Below, one piece after another: positions 1-12,962 of a stretch of DNA of 64,000 bases (positions are counted from its first letter, which is position 1; each line of letters starts with the position of its first letter). Under the pieces are notes generated by a model. That model made no database searches. It was not told the DNA's origin and saw only the letters and a program-made list of their open reading frames with translations. Source of the stretch: Octopus vulgaris (taxonomy: Eukaryota); NCBI GenBank assembly GCA_951406725.2, contig OX597840.1, positions 39,308,001 to 39,372,000 of the forward strand. Reading direction: 5' to 3'. The translations under genes and the position numbers were made by a program.

Positions 1-71
1 GCACCTGAAAAACTCTGGAATCCTATAACACCTGAAGAGGTCACCCAGGTACTGCAAAAATTAGGCAACTG
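1..71 (+). mobile_element. non-LTR retrotransposon fragment (R4/Dong-like, region just upstream of the RT domain), cut by the window edge
   Basis: Frame 1 reads APEKLWNPITPEEVTQVLQKLGN, resembling the ITxEEVxxxLxxLxNWKAPG motif preceding RT domain 0; it breaks into simple repeats at ~72. Confidence 0.5.
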
Positions 72-660
72 TTGCGATTACTACCAACAGGACTCGAACA
101 CTTCCATATCCACCACCACTACCGCTACGAACATCGCGGCCCCACCAGCTCCACCTATGGAAAGGCCACTACAACTGGAACTGTTACTACTAATGCCAGC
201 TGCTGTAGCTCACCACCAACGCAAACAGTATTATTACTACTACCACCAACCAAAATAAAGCAATAACTACTACTACTAATTCAACAACCATTACTACTGT
301 CACTACTACTTCTACTCCAACTACTACTACTACTACTACTAATGCAGCTTTTACCCAATACCACCGCTACTAACGCTACTATGACAACTACAACAAGAAC
401 AACAACTACTTCTACCAATACTACTAGTACTATTACAACTATCATTACTACCACTACTACTACTGCTACCACTACTACTACTACTACTATTACAACTATC
501 ATTACTACCACTACTACTACTGCTACCGCCACCAGCAATAAAAACAAGGCAACAACAACAACAGCGAATACTATGGATACTACATCTATTACCCCCACTA
601 CTCCTACCTCCATCGCCATTTCTATTGATGCTGATGCTGATGAAGATGATGATGATGTGC
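72..660. repeat. low-complexity trinucleotide region (CTA/CCA/CAA, then GAT)
   Basis: Degenerate (CTA)n/(CAA)n runs with an internal ~43-bp direct duplication (tactattacaactatcattactaccactactactactgctacc); explains the Thr-rich and Val-rich ORFs. Confidence 0.85.
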
Positions 661-835
661 AGGGGGAGGACGGTAAGCAAATGTATCCACCTGCCTGCTC
701 AGCAGCAATGTCGTCTTTGACGTCCTCTTCCGGTGCCACGGACACGACAACACAAATATCCATTTATTTCCATTATCACGTTCCACACATGTTTATTCAC
801 CAATATAATTCTATATAGAAACATGTTCTATCATA

Positions 836-1203
<368 letters not shown>

Positions 1204-1219
1204 AAGAGAAAGAAAGAGA

Positions 1220-1640
1220 GAAGTGTAATGCGACGCAGCAAAGGCTATTTAGGGGAGTTGGTTCGGGGATTAAAAATGCATCGGAGTCTTAAAACGTGTT
1301 GTAGTTTCTAGATTGTAGATCCTGTAACACATTTATTCAAAAAACCAAACCGGTTTCGACCGTTTTTGTTTATCAATGGTGAATAAAAGAAAAGTTTAGG
1401 AGTAATTGGAGTTACATGCGTAAATTCGGATAAAACATGCTTAGAATATGAAATGTTCATACTAATTCGAAATTTCACTAAGTTTTAGAGATACACAGTA
1501 ACACAAATACTGACACAGTAATATAATTTCAAATGTTCGACGAATACGACGGAACGTGACTTAAAATAGAGTTACCAGATTCCATCAGATGGTGCTATTA
1601 AGTACAAGATGGCCTCGGACAGTTTTGTGTTGAAGGATAT
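1220..1640 (-). mobile_element. possible Penelope-like terminal-repeat remnant with degenerate hammerhead motif
   Basis: Minus strand 1345-1379 reads CCA-TTGATAA-acaaaaacggtc-GAAAC-CG-GTT-TGG (stem I CCA/TGG, palindromic stem III); outer boundaries uncertain. Confidence 0.35.
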
Positions 1641-1713
1641 CTAAGTTATTATTTTTTCTTTATCTATATATCTAGCTATTATGTATCAATATATATATAT
1701 TTAAATATTAAAA

Positions 1714-1846
1714 CGGCTAGCTGGCAGAAACGTTAGCACGCCGGGCGAAATGCGTAGCCGTATTTTGTCTGCCGTTACGTTCTGAGTTCAAATTCCGCCG
1801 AGGTCGACTTTGTGTTTCATCCTTTCGCTGTCGATAAGTTAAGTAC
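1714..1846 (+). mobile_element. tRNA-derived SINE, family B (5' part)
   Basis: Head gctggcagaaacgttagcacg with B-box gagttcaaattcc, then body ggtcgactttg..tttcatcctttcg..gtcgataa..aagtac shared with many copies in the window. Confidence 0.85.
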
Positions 1847-2134
1847 ATCCATAGAGAAATCATTAAAGAAATATAAAGTAGTCCCTTGAAGCATTCTTAA
1901 AACAATTAACTTAGACGCTAAGAAAATGATCTCATTAGGATATAGATGATAGATCGGAACATTTTACATCTATTAGACCTCGTATCACAATTAAGGACGA
2001 TAAACATATTGATAATATTAAGTAATACTCAAGTTAGATTAATTTGCCCCAATTAATCAGACTCAGGAAAGCTTAGTAAAGCTATTTTGGATAAGTACAT
2101 ACCTTAAAAAAAAAGATTAAATTTCAGTTATGGA

Positions 2135-2192
<58 letters not shown>

Positions 2193-2193
<1 letters not shown>

Positions 2194-2485
2194 TAGCAGT
2201 ATCGCTCGGCGTTGCTCGGGTTTGTAAGGGAAATAACTATATAAGCATTTTTAGAGAGTTATAGCCAAAAAATAACAAAAAAATGCATTAAAATGAAAAA
2301 AATTATGGTAAATTATTTTTAAAATCGTAGACTCATCGTAGACGCGCGCTAATACCCAGAAGGGCTCGATGTGAATCACGAGTATAAGATACCCGGTTTT
2401 GATTAAACTGCACCGCAAAATGTGGGAGTAGTTAGGAATCTAAATCGTAGGAGACAGACACACAACTTGACTTTTATATATATAT
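2193..2485 (-). mobile_element. non-autonomous Helitron-like element in a (TA)n tract
   Basis: Minus-strand 3' end is a GC-rich subterminal hairpin-like segment cccgagcaacgccgagc followed by gatactgCTAG|t; the other end merges into TA repeats next to an (ACAG)-like stretch; same end architecture as 21884-22690. Confidence 0.7.
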
Positions 2486-2495
2486 ATATTTCAAA

Positions 2496-2710
2496 ATGTA
2501 ACCATAGGTGAATCGTTGGCGATTTACTTACCACCGTCTTCTTTTTCTCTTGGACTTTCTTCTGTCTCCTGTTACTGAAGAAGAGCATTGCTCGAAGCGT
2601 AAAACCACCATTTTGTTTTGTTTCCCTGATCGTCTTATTAATACTTTGCATGTACTATGTGCTTGCTTTGTTGTTTGTTTTGTTTGTTCTTCGTTTTTCT
2701 TTAGGTTTAA

Positions 2711-2715
<5 letters not shown>
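2496..2715 (+). mobile_element. ~200-bp hammerhead-motif element (Penelope pLTR-like)
   Basis: 2571-2605 gtta-CTGAAGA-a-GAGC-att-GCTC-GAAGC-GTA-aaac; homologous to the inverted copy at 2781-2990. Confidence 0.6.
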
Positions 2716-2780
<65 letters not shown>

Positions 2781-2786
<6 letters not shown>

Positions 2787-2990
2787 TAATCCAAATAGGA
2801 AAACACAAAGAGAAAACACAACAACGCGAGGACGTGGAACAAATATAGTATTATTGGACGCTCAGGAAGGAAGGGAAGAAGGAGGGTTTAACGTTTCGAG
2901 CGGAGCTCTTCGTCGGAAACATAGGAGAAAGAAAAATCCAGAGAAGGGACGACAGAGGAAAAAAATCGCCAACGGTACACACGAGGTTAC
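2781..2990 (-). mobile_element. ~200-bp hammerhead-motif element (Penelope pLTR-like)
   Basis: Minus strand 2886-2920 gttt-CCGACGA-a-GAGC-tcc-GCTC-GAAAC-GTT-aaac; flanked by TA repeats on both sides; its 3' half recurs at 19240-19330. Confidence 0.65.
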
Positions 2991-3027
2991 ATATATATAT
3001 ATGTACACATATTTATATATATTTATA

Positions 3028-3070
<43 letters not shown>

Positions 3071-3128
3071 TTAACAACAAACAAATAATACCTTTTACTG
3101 TTTGTTCTGCATTATAATATATATATAC

Positions 3129-3187
<59 letters not shown>

Positions 3188-4060
3188 TACACACATACAT
3201 TATATATACATACACACATAAATACATATATACATATAAATATGTGTGTGCGTATTTATATGAATATGTGTGTATTTATGCACACATATCAGCACCCAAA
3301 TACATGTCGGTATATATATGCGTATAAATGTATATTTGTTTGTTTATGTGTGCATATATCAAGTTGAGGTAAAACAGAAACACAATAATACATCGTTTCT
3401 CTCTTTAGCAGGCTTCACTGATTTGATCTGCTGCTTTAAAGGGTCGCAACCTTCCCCTATTACCAACCCTCAAATTGCCCTCCCCTCTTCCAGCTTTCGT
3501 TATTTCTCTGATTCTAGTACATATGTTTTCGATCACCATTATTCCTCGAATTAATATAGATGGATAGGTATTCAGATATACTGAAAAAAAATATACGTAG
3601 ACGAATGTATTTAAACACTCGTATACATGTCTGACAACATATTTAAGGAGGAGAAAAGACAGGACGCTAACATATGAAATAGATACGGAGACTGACAGAT
3701 ACGTGGGACCCAAATCTCTTTCAAATTGTTTGAAATGAAACAACGACCCCCTGAGATTTGTCGATCAATAGGCGAAAGTTATCTTTATGGTATTTTAATT
3801 CCGTATCGCTGCTTACCAATTCGCTTGATTCCAGACCCATAAAAATAATAATAATTATTAACAATAGAATGGTATACGTCTGGGGAATAAAATGTAATTA
3901 TATATTGAAACTAAATTCCTCTGTCTTTCCTTGGCACTAGTTCCTCCCCTTTTTGTGTGTCTGTGTGTCACTCTTTCTCTCGCGCTCTCTCTCTATCTGT
4001 ATATATATATATGTGTGTGTCTGTGTGTGTGTGTATCTGCGTACATATATGTATGTATAA

Positions 4061-4142
<82 letters not shown>

Positions 4143-4150
4143 GTATGTAA

Positions 4151-4201
<51 letters not shown>

Positions 4202-4441
4202 ATGCATGTGTATTTGACTATATGTGTGTATGTATGTGTGTATATATGTATGGATGTATGTATTATGTTTGTGTGTATGGTGGTGTATGGGTGTGTGATA
4301 ATCAACTTGTGGGAAACTGCAAACCGTTTTACTGATGGCGGGACGCTACACGTTTAGTAGAGTAAATTTTATTGATAATATTGATCAGACTTGGGACATC
4401 AAGTATCGCCTTCAAAAGCTTAGTCAACCATCAAACACACA

Positions 4442-4480
<39 letters not shown>

Positions 4481-4534
4481 AGAAACACACACACAAACAA
4501 ACACAAAGACGCATGTGTGTATATCTATTATGCT

Positions 4535-4745
4535 GTACTTGCTTTAGCCATCCGAGGGCGGGCATGATGGGGCACGGTCATTAAGGGTTTTAGTCGAATG
4601 AATAGACCCCAGAAATGTCCTTCTTTAAGCCTGGTGACTATTATATCGGTTCCATTTTTCCGAACCACCAATTTACGGAAACGTAGACAAATCAAAACCG
4701 AATGTCAAGAGGGGGTGCAGGACAATCGCAAAGAGAAGGACACAC
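4535..4745 (-). mobile_element. degenerate 3' half of SINE family A
   Basis: Diverged match to the family A tail (catg.tgg.gcac, tagtcga, tatcggt, ccgaacc.c). Confidence 0.55.
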
Positions 4746-4835
4746 ACATATACATACGCACTCAGGTATTCTTATATCCTTGAAATTCAATATAGACTAC
4801 ACTGCAATATTATTATAAGACTACGAAAACTAAAT

Positions 4836-4946
4836 CAGTAACATCACGCTGAAATCACCGGTTCTCGTCCGATCAGTTTAAGCAACGTCTAGCCTAGTTA
4901 GTACTTAGATGGGTGACCGCTTGGGAAACCTAGGTGCTGTAGGCAT
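4836..4946 (+). pseudogene. 5S rRNA pseudogene (slightly 5'-truncated, small internal deletion)
   Basis: catcacgctgaaatcaccggttctcgtccgatc..agtttaagcaacgtctagcctagttagtacttagatgggtgaccgcttgggaaacctaggtgctgtaggcat matches metazoan 5S, including the box A and box C regions; lacks the usual CCGA before box A and has no oligo-T terminator directly after the 3' end. Confidence 0.9.
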
Positions 4947-4960
4947 CACACATTTGTATA

Positions 4961-5092
4961 GGCTGTGTGGTAAGTAGCTTGCTTACCAACCACATGGTTC
5001 CGGGTTCAGTCCCACTGCGTGGTACCTTGAGCAAGTGTCTTTTAATATAGCCTCGGGCCGACCAAATGAGTGGATTCGGTAGAAGGAAACTG
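4961..5092 (+). mobile_element. SINE family A, 5' fragment
   Basis: ggctgtgtggtaagtagcttgcttaccaaccacatggttccgggttcagtcccactgcgtggtaccttgagcaagtgtc: tRNA-like A/B boxes plus CORE-like accttg.gcaagt. Confidence 0.85.
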
Positions 5093-5129
5093 CTTCAGAA
5101 AGGTCTATGTTTGTGATGGTTAGTTGGGG

Positions 5130-5196
5130 TGAGAGCGCCAGGGGTGTCGCATGGGAGTCAAGGGGGCGGCATCCTGAAACAGTTTGGGAACCACTG
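5130..5196. mobile_element. isolated hAT-type terminus
   Basis: Ends gtttgggaaccactg, the reverse complement of the CAGTGGTTCCCAAAC TIR typical of hAT/Charlie MITEs; partner TIR not found. Confidence 0.4.
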
Positions 5197-5249
5197 TCCT
5201 AGGTGTACACACACACACACACGCACAAACACACACGCACAAACACACA

Positions 5250-5293
<44 letters not shown>

Positions 5294-5935
5294 GTAATAT
5301 GCTTATCGTTAGAGATATATTAACATATACACATCGCAAAGGCCAAACAACAAACGACAAAACGCAACTTGGTGGCATTAATTCGCGATCGGTGATTTTA
5401 CCCTAATGTTCAATAAAATGAAACGACCGTGTTCCTCTAACGTTTGAAACATTCTCTATGTCGGGGAAGTGAAAAAATAGATGAGAAAAAAAGTGTAAAA
5501 AGTTTGAAAAATTTATAAAATACACCCGCAGAAAACACGATTCTGTGAAATAGGTCCGAATACAAGGCGTAGACTGGCCAGGTGATAAAACATTTGTTAT
5601 TGAGTATTTGAAGATAAAGGAGTGAATGGGAGGACGGACGCGTGAATGTGTACGTGTTTGTGTTTGTATGTGTTTGCGTGAAGGATCTGGAGAAGCTGCA
5701 AGTATGGGAGTACTGCTTTTTTTACGTTTTCTCTGTTTCTGGGTGTGATTTCATGTTTGTTCTTCTTTGTTTAGCTCTCTCCCTGCTAGAGATGTGTGTC
5801 CCCGTGTGCTGGAGGATGTGCATGTGTCTATGTGTATGCAGTTATGTGGAGGAGTGCGTGTGTGGACGCCGGCCTACGTACGTGTCAGCGCGAACGCGTA
5901 TATCTAGATGTAAAAATCTGGCTTTGGTTATTGCA

Positions 5936-6346
5936 CTCTTTTACTCTTTTACTCTTTTACTTGTTTCAGTCATTTGACTGCGGCCATGCTGGAGCACTGC
6001 CTTTAATCGAGCAACTCGGCCCGAGACTTAGTCCTTTGTAAGCCCAGTACTTATTCTATCGATATCTTTTGCCGAACCGCTAAGTAACGGGGGCATACAC
6101 ACACCAGCATCGGTTGTCAAGCAATGCTAGGGGAACAAACACAGACACACAAACACACACACGCATATATATATATATATATACGACGGGATTCTTTCAG
6201 GTTCCGTCAACTAAATCCACTCACAAGGCTTTGGTCGACCCGAGGCTATAGTAGAAAACACTTGCCCAAGATGCCAGGCAGTGGGACTGAACCCGGAATC
6301 ATGTGGTTGGTAAACAAGCTACTTACCACACAGTCACTCCTGCGCC
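5936..6346 (-). mobile_element. full-length SINE family A
   Basis: Complete head, internal TA/CA microsatellite and tail ending in (gtaaaaga)n on the minus strand. Confidence 0.92.
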
Positions 6347-7040
6347 TTTACACTGTGACTGTATCTGTGTATTTTCGTTTGGGTATAGGTTGATTGATGT
6401 CAATTGACAGATGGCAAATGAGAAATATACGTGACTGTGCACACACTGGTATCTATGTGTGTGTGTGTGTATGTGTGGACAGAGAACGGGTGCGACAGAG
6501 ATAGAGAAAGAGAGAAAGTACGAAAGTGTGGTGTTGCGCGAGACTACAAGTCAACCTGCCTTGTACATTTAGGTGTGATATCTTATTTACACAGTGACTG
6601 AATACATATGGGCATATATGCATACACACAGTCACACATACATACACACACAGACAGAGACACAGACAAACGCATACAAACATACACTCACTCACACACA
6701 CACATATGTATGGATAGATATTAGAAATATATAGAACTGAGCCCCGTTGATCATTTTTTATATTCCTTGATAGATTGCCAAGTATTTCTCTCCACATAAA
6801 AAAGCTAATAATTTTCCGTATCCTTTGTGCTAAGTCAATAAACCTAAACGATTTGGCTTCAACATCTTTTCATATAATTGCAGATAATACATGTCATTCT
6901 GAATTATTATTTTTTAATCGTTTTGGCCCATTGTCTCGTTCAGCGAATCTGTTCCTATCATCCCGTTTTCACTATAAAATTATTCAGTAGCTTCTTGTTT
7001 CATATTTGACAGAAATTTTTTCTTTTGCCCTTGTTTATAA

Positions 7041-7109
<69 letters not shown>

Positions 7110-7117
<8 letters not shown>

Positions 7118-7430
7118 TTGTTTTGCAAGATTCTTGATATGAAATCGTGTGTTGAAACAGATATTGTTGTATTGCGGAATGGTCATTTTGCCAGTTTAGC
7201 CAATAAAAACACACATTATATATATGGTGTTACTTTGCTTCAGTGTTATTTATTTTTTACATTAATCTTAATCTTATTTCGGCCAGAGTTCTTTCGTCAC
7301 CCTCCTGTGACCGCATCAGTGGTCCTTTGTTTTCTTCTTTCTTATTTGTGTGTCTCTCCTTACTAACGCACTTACTAATGGCTGAAAATACAAAATATGA
7401 GAGTCTGTGCATAGCTGTAATATTTGCGAG
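7110..7430 (-). mobile_element. Penelope-like terminal-repeat remnant with hammerhead-like motif
   Basis: Minus strand 7281-7325 ggaCCA-CTGATGC-g-GTCAC-aggagg-GTGAC-GAAAG-aa-CTC-TGGcc; boundaries approximate. Confidence 0.5.
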
Positions 7431-8643
7431 TATGTAGGACCTAACATATCACTCCGAACGTGAGTTCCTCGTAAGTAGGGCCGGTATAAGACCCATAGAG
7501 GCACTAATATTTTGGTAAACTCATATATTGTAATTCAAAAGCATAATAAACCATTAATTTTTGTTATTTTTCAAATCGTAGCAAAACTAACAGTGAGATG
7601 GAAAATCATGTTTATTTTTGTATAATTCCACTTTATTTCTGTTCGAAACCTTTTCTCCTACTCTTTTCAGTGCCAAAGCATTTGAACAAACATTGCGTAT
7701 GACACCATGAATCCTTCGAAATTGTTTCCAATCATATAAACCAATTTGAATATTATTCAAGCTTGTTTAAAATGATTTCTTTTGTGCCATAAACCATTTT
7801 CCATTTCTCTGACGCCCCCACGTCCATTAATGCACTAAGCACGTATTTATTTTGCTTAATGGTTAATCCAGCGATGCTGTGAGTATCCAACAATGTTTCA
7901 TGAACAGACGCATTTTCGTGGAAATGTAAGCATTCAATCGTGTGCTGTTCGCATTGTTTGAAATAGAGATCATAATGCAAATATCACGTGATGCTTCTAC
8001 GCTAGAAATGGACAGCAGGGAATGACAAGGAAAATGGAAGACTGGAATTGTCTTCATTGAAGTATATACTTTTAGAGGTTGCAACAATGCATAGAATTTA
8101 GGAAACAATAACAGAATCTTAGGTTAAATCAGTATTGACACTGTACGGATTTAGATGGGAATTTCCTTTTCGATCGATAACTTGGAATTTGGAATGGTCT
8201 GATGGCAAACTTCCGTTGAAAGTGATGAGAATCGAATAGATCCTACTGGCATAGAACCTTGTTTGGTGAGATTCTACCTGACAGACACGATCGGAAGTTT
8301 TCACGATGACATGGGCAACGACTTTGTTTTCACTGACGATATCAGATACGAGATACAGGACTAGATTTGTATATGCGAATATACACATATATATATATAT
8401 ATGAGTGAAATGTGTGTGAACACATGTGTGCCTATGTTTGTCTGAGTGCGTGTGTGGGTATAAGTGTGTGTGCCTGATGTTAAGGTAGAAGGCTAATGCG
8501 TCCACGTCAATGAAGAAGAAGAATGACATCGATGCATATCGAATGTCTGTTTGGATCCAAAAGAGAGAAAAGCTTTCGGACATAGCGATTCGATCTATAT
8601 AAAGGTGAAGAGGTTGTGTAGGAGAGCATTCATTATCTATCTG

Positions 8644-8722
<79 letters not shown>

Positions 8723-8819
8723 GTGTATCTATTTATCTATCTATCTGTTTATATATCTATCAATCTATTTATCTGTCTTTCTTTATATATGTAGATATGT
8801 ATGTGTGAATATATACATA

Positions 8820-8871
<52 letters not shown>

Positions 8872-8970
8872 ATATACACCATACGAACACACCTGGATAT
8901 AAGTATATATGCAGAGAGATAGAACGAGAAATAGATAGAGACAGAGAGAGAGAAAAAAGCAGTCAGACAG

Positions 8971-9113
<143 letters not shown>

Positions 9114-9392
9114 CGTAAGTATTTGAGTACATGTGTGCTTATAACATTTATTACAGATATGATTCCTTCAACACATCCCACAAAGGCGCAATATTCCTCA
9201 TTCCTTCCCCGCCCAAACAGAACCTTCATCACCCAAGTTGGGGATCCACAATCACTAAACGTAGAAGAATTTTCTCCATTACTGATATGACAAGATTATA
9301 ATCAATCATGAAATATGCCATGGGTTACGTGAACTTGACGTAGATGGTGCTCTATACCTTTTGCAATGACAGCAGCCAACGATAACCTTTCG

Positions 9393-9511
<119 letters not shown>

Positions 9512-9618
9512 CACATAAATATATACATATATATATATATATTGAGATATATATATATATATATACACACATACACATAGACATACATACATAAATATAC
9601 ATATATGTATATATATAC

Positions 9619-9730
<112 letters not shown>

Positions 9731-10113
9731 TAGGACGTCGTGTCTCCATTCATCTAGATTGATGGTGTAGAATTTTCGTCGTGTCAAGCGTCAAAGACTC
9801 GAATGTGTTGTTTCTAAGCTGGATTCGAAATACTGAGCAAGTTGATACGTTTAAGAATATCACGTTCAAGTTATGAATGGAGAAAGAGATATAGAAAGAA
9901 AAAAAAAGTGTGTATGTGTGTTTGTGATTGAGAGGTAGAGGGTGAAGAAGGGAGAGAGAAAGAGACAGATAAGGGGGAGAAAGAAAGTTGAGAAATAAAC
10001 AATAACCTATGGCAATAACCTATGCAGAGAGCAATCTCGGGAAGACTCTCAGTAAATATTGATATCACAAGCTTTCTTATATATGTTCGTGTTTGATATT
10101 TAATGCGAGCTGG

Positions 10114-10446
10114 ATATGAGGGCGCGTGGCTTAGTGGTTAGGGCATTCGGCTCATGATCGTAAGGTTGTGAGTTCGATTCCCGGCGACGCGTTGTGTCCT
10201 TGAGCAAGACACTTTATTTCACGTTGCTCCAGTCCACTCAGCTGGCAAAAATGAGTTGTACTTGTATTTCAAAGGGTCAGCCTTGTCACTCTCTGTGTCA
10301 CGCTGATTATCCCCGAGAACTACGTTAAGGGTACACGTGTCTGTGGAATGCTCAGCCATTTGCACGTTAATTTCACGAGCAAGCTGTTCCGTTGATCGTA
10401 TCAGCTGGGACCCACGTCGTCGTAACCGGCGGAGTCTTTTTTTTTA
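10114..10446 (+). mobile_element. tRNA-derived CORE-like SINE with 12-bp TSD
   Basis: A box tggcttagtgg, B box gagttcgattcc, tccttgagcaagacact body, 3' tail shared with 49210-49593; TSD aatgcgagctgg at 10102-10113 and 10447-10458. Confidence 0.92.
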
Positions 10447-10448
10447 AA

Positions 10449-11086
10449 TGCGAGCTGGCAGAAACGTTAGCACGCCGGGCGAAGTGCGTAAACGTATTTC
10501 GTCTGCCGTTACGTTCTGAGTTCAAATTCCGCCGAGGTCGACTTTGCCTTTCATCCTAATAAATTAAATATCTATTTCTTTACTATTCACAAGGGGCTAA
10601 ACACAGAGGGGACAAACAAGAACAGACACACAGATTAAGTCGATTGCATCGCCTCCAGTGCGTAACTGGTACTTATTTAATCAACCCCAATAGGATGAAA
10701 AGTAAATTCGACCTCGGTGGAACTTGAACTCAGAACGTAGCGGCAGATGAAATACCGCTAACCCGGCGCGCTAACCTTTCTGCCAGCTCACCGCCTTAAA
10801 TAATAAATTAAATACCAGTTACGCACTGGGGTCGATATAATCGACTTTATCCGTTTGTCTGGCCTCTCTCTGTTTAGCCCCGTGTCGGTCGTAAAGAAAT
10901 AGGTATTTCGTCTGCCGTTACGTTCTGAGTTCGAATTCCACCGAGGTCGAGTTTGCCTTTCATCCTTTCGGTATCGATTAAATAAGTATCAGTCACGCAC
11001 TGGAGTCGATATAATCGACTTAATCCGTTTGCCTGTCCTTGTTTGTCCCCTCTGTGTTTAGCCCCCTGTGGGCAATAAAGAAATAT
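10449..11086. mobile_element. nested cluster of SINE family B copies
   Basis: Plus-strand host interrupted by a minus-strand copy (~10571-10800) with TSD taataaattaaata (10557-10570 and 10801-10814), followed by a head-less second plus unit starting at gtatttcgtctgcc (~10903). Confidence 0.9.
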
Positions 11087-11805
11087 AGTATGATATGATA
11101 TGATATGATATGTATGCACGTTCTTTTCTGTTTTTATTTATTTAAAGGGTGTACATGTCAACGGAATACTCAGCCATACATACACTTATTCTGTAGGCAG
11201 CAGTTCAGTTGTTCAATAGCTGCTAGTACTTTGGAACGAACATAGAATACGGTGGTTTCGATTGGAACTATTTATGCGCGCGCACACGCAAACACATGGC
11301 CGCGCGCGAGAGAGCTGGTGACTATAAAACCGAATATTATAGGTTTTCTTTCCGAATGACATTAAACCGGAGAAAACAATGAAAATTTAAGCGAAACATC
11401 TAAGTGCTATTTTATATCAGACCATACGTACTTTAATATAAGAGGAAATAATTTTTATATTCCTCTTTATTTCATTCTTCGTTTATGTCAAAAGGTGATC
11501 GGCAGTCTAATTTATTCTTGGTACAGATAAAATATAAATATGTGACGCTTCAGAGCAACACAAAACAGCTAAACATACAAACCGAACAAATTTAATTAAA
11601 AAAGTACATACATACATACATAATGCATACACTCACACCCTCATATATACATACATATATAGACACAAATATACATACATACACGAGACACACGTATACA
11701 TACATACATACACACATACATACATACATACATACATACATACATACATACATACATACATACATACATACATACATACATACGTACGTACATACATACA
11801 CGCAC

Positions 11806-11873
<68 letters not shown>

Positions 11874-12150
11874 TCATGTATTCGTATATACTCGTACATT
11901 GACGGATCTGAAGAAGTTGTAAAACTGGGAAAATTAATGCAATGATAATATATTTAAAGAAAAAAAAATTGTAGATACGTATTTAGGGTTACATATCCCT
12001 GAATATTATTGTATTTTTGGTGTTTCTTACTTATACTTTTTTGGGGGAAAGAAATGAGAGGGTGATAAGTAAAATTTTATGTAGTTGTGCAACGTAAAAA
12101 GGTCGAAAACCACATCAAGGGGAGAGAGTGGAGTGTAGTGCAGGAATAAA

Positions 12151-12284
<134 letters not shown>

Positions 12285-12292
12285 TATATATG

Positions 12293-12323
<31 letters not shown>

Positions 12324-12336
12324 GTATACATGTATA

Positions 12337-12375
<39 letters not shown>

Positions 12376-12731
12376 ACACACAGGGAGAAAGAGATAGATA
12401 CATACATACATAGTTTAGACATGTATAGATAGGGGGATGGATGGCTACATGGATGGAGGGATGGATTGATTGATAGGTGATATAGCATCATACACACGCA
12501 ATTAGATATTCCATCTCTCAAATTATTGGTTCTGCAATTCGGGAGAAGAACCTTTTTCATGGGAAACTCATATTCCGAATATGTGTGCATATGTATCCAT
12601 ATGTGTGTATATTTCTACCTTCATATATGTATGTGTTTCTGTGTGCGTCTGTGTGTATGTGTGTGTGTGAGTATGAACATTATATCGACGCAGTCCAATG
12701 ACAGAATCATGTAGGATAAGAAACATATACG

Positions 12732-12774
<43 letters not shown>

Positions 12775-12912
12775 GGATGTATTTATATGTATATATATAT
12801 ATGTATGTATGTGTGTATGTATATATATATATATATAAATATTTATATAATATATATAAATATATACATATCTATTCATATATATATGTGTGTGTATATA
12901 TATATAAATGTA

Positions 12913-12962
<50 letters not shown>

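Noticed and set aside
342-818. Thr-rich mucin-like ORF (158 aa) and antisense Val-rich ORF
   Set aside because: Product of (CTA)n/(CAA)n repeats directly after a LINE fragment; no signal peptide, domain or clear splice structure
9157-9290. Possible terminal coding exon DMIPSTHPTKAQYSS..
   Set aside because: Weak acceptor, no homology recognised, and partial similarity to repeat-like sequence at ~42154
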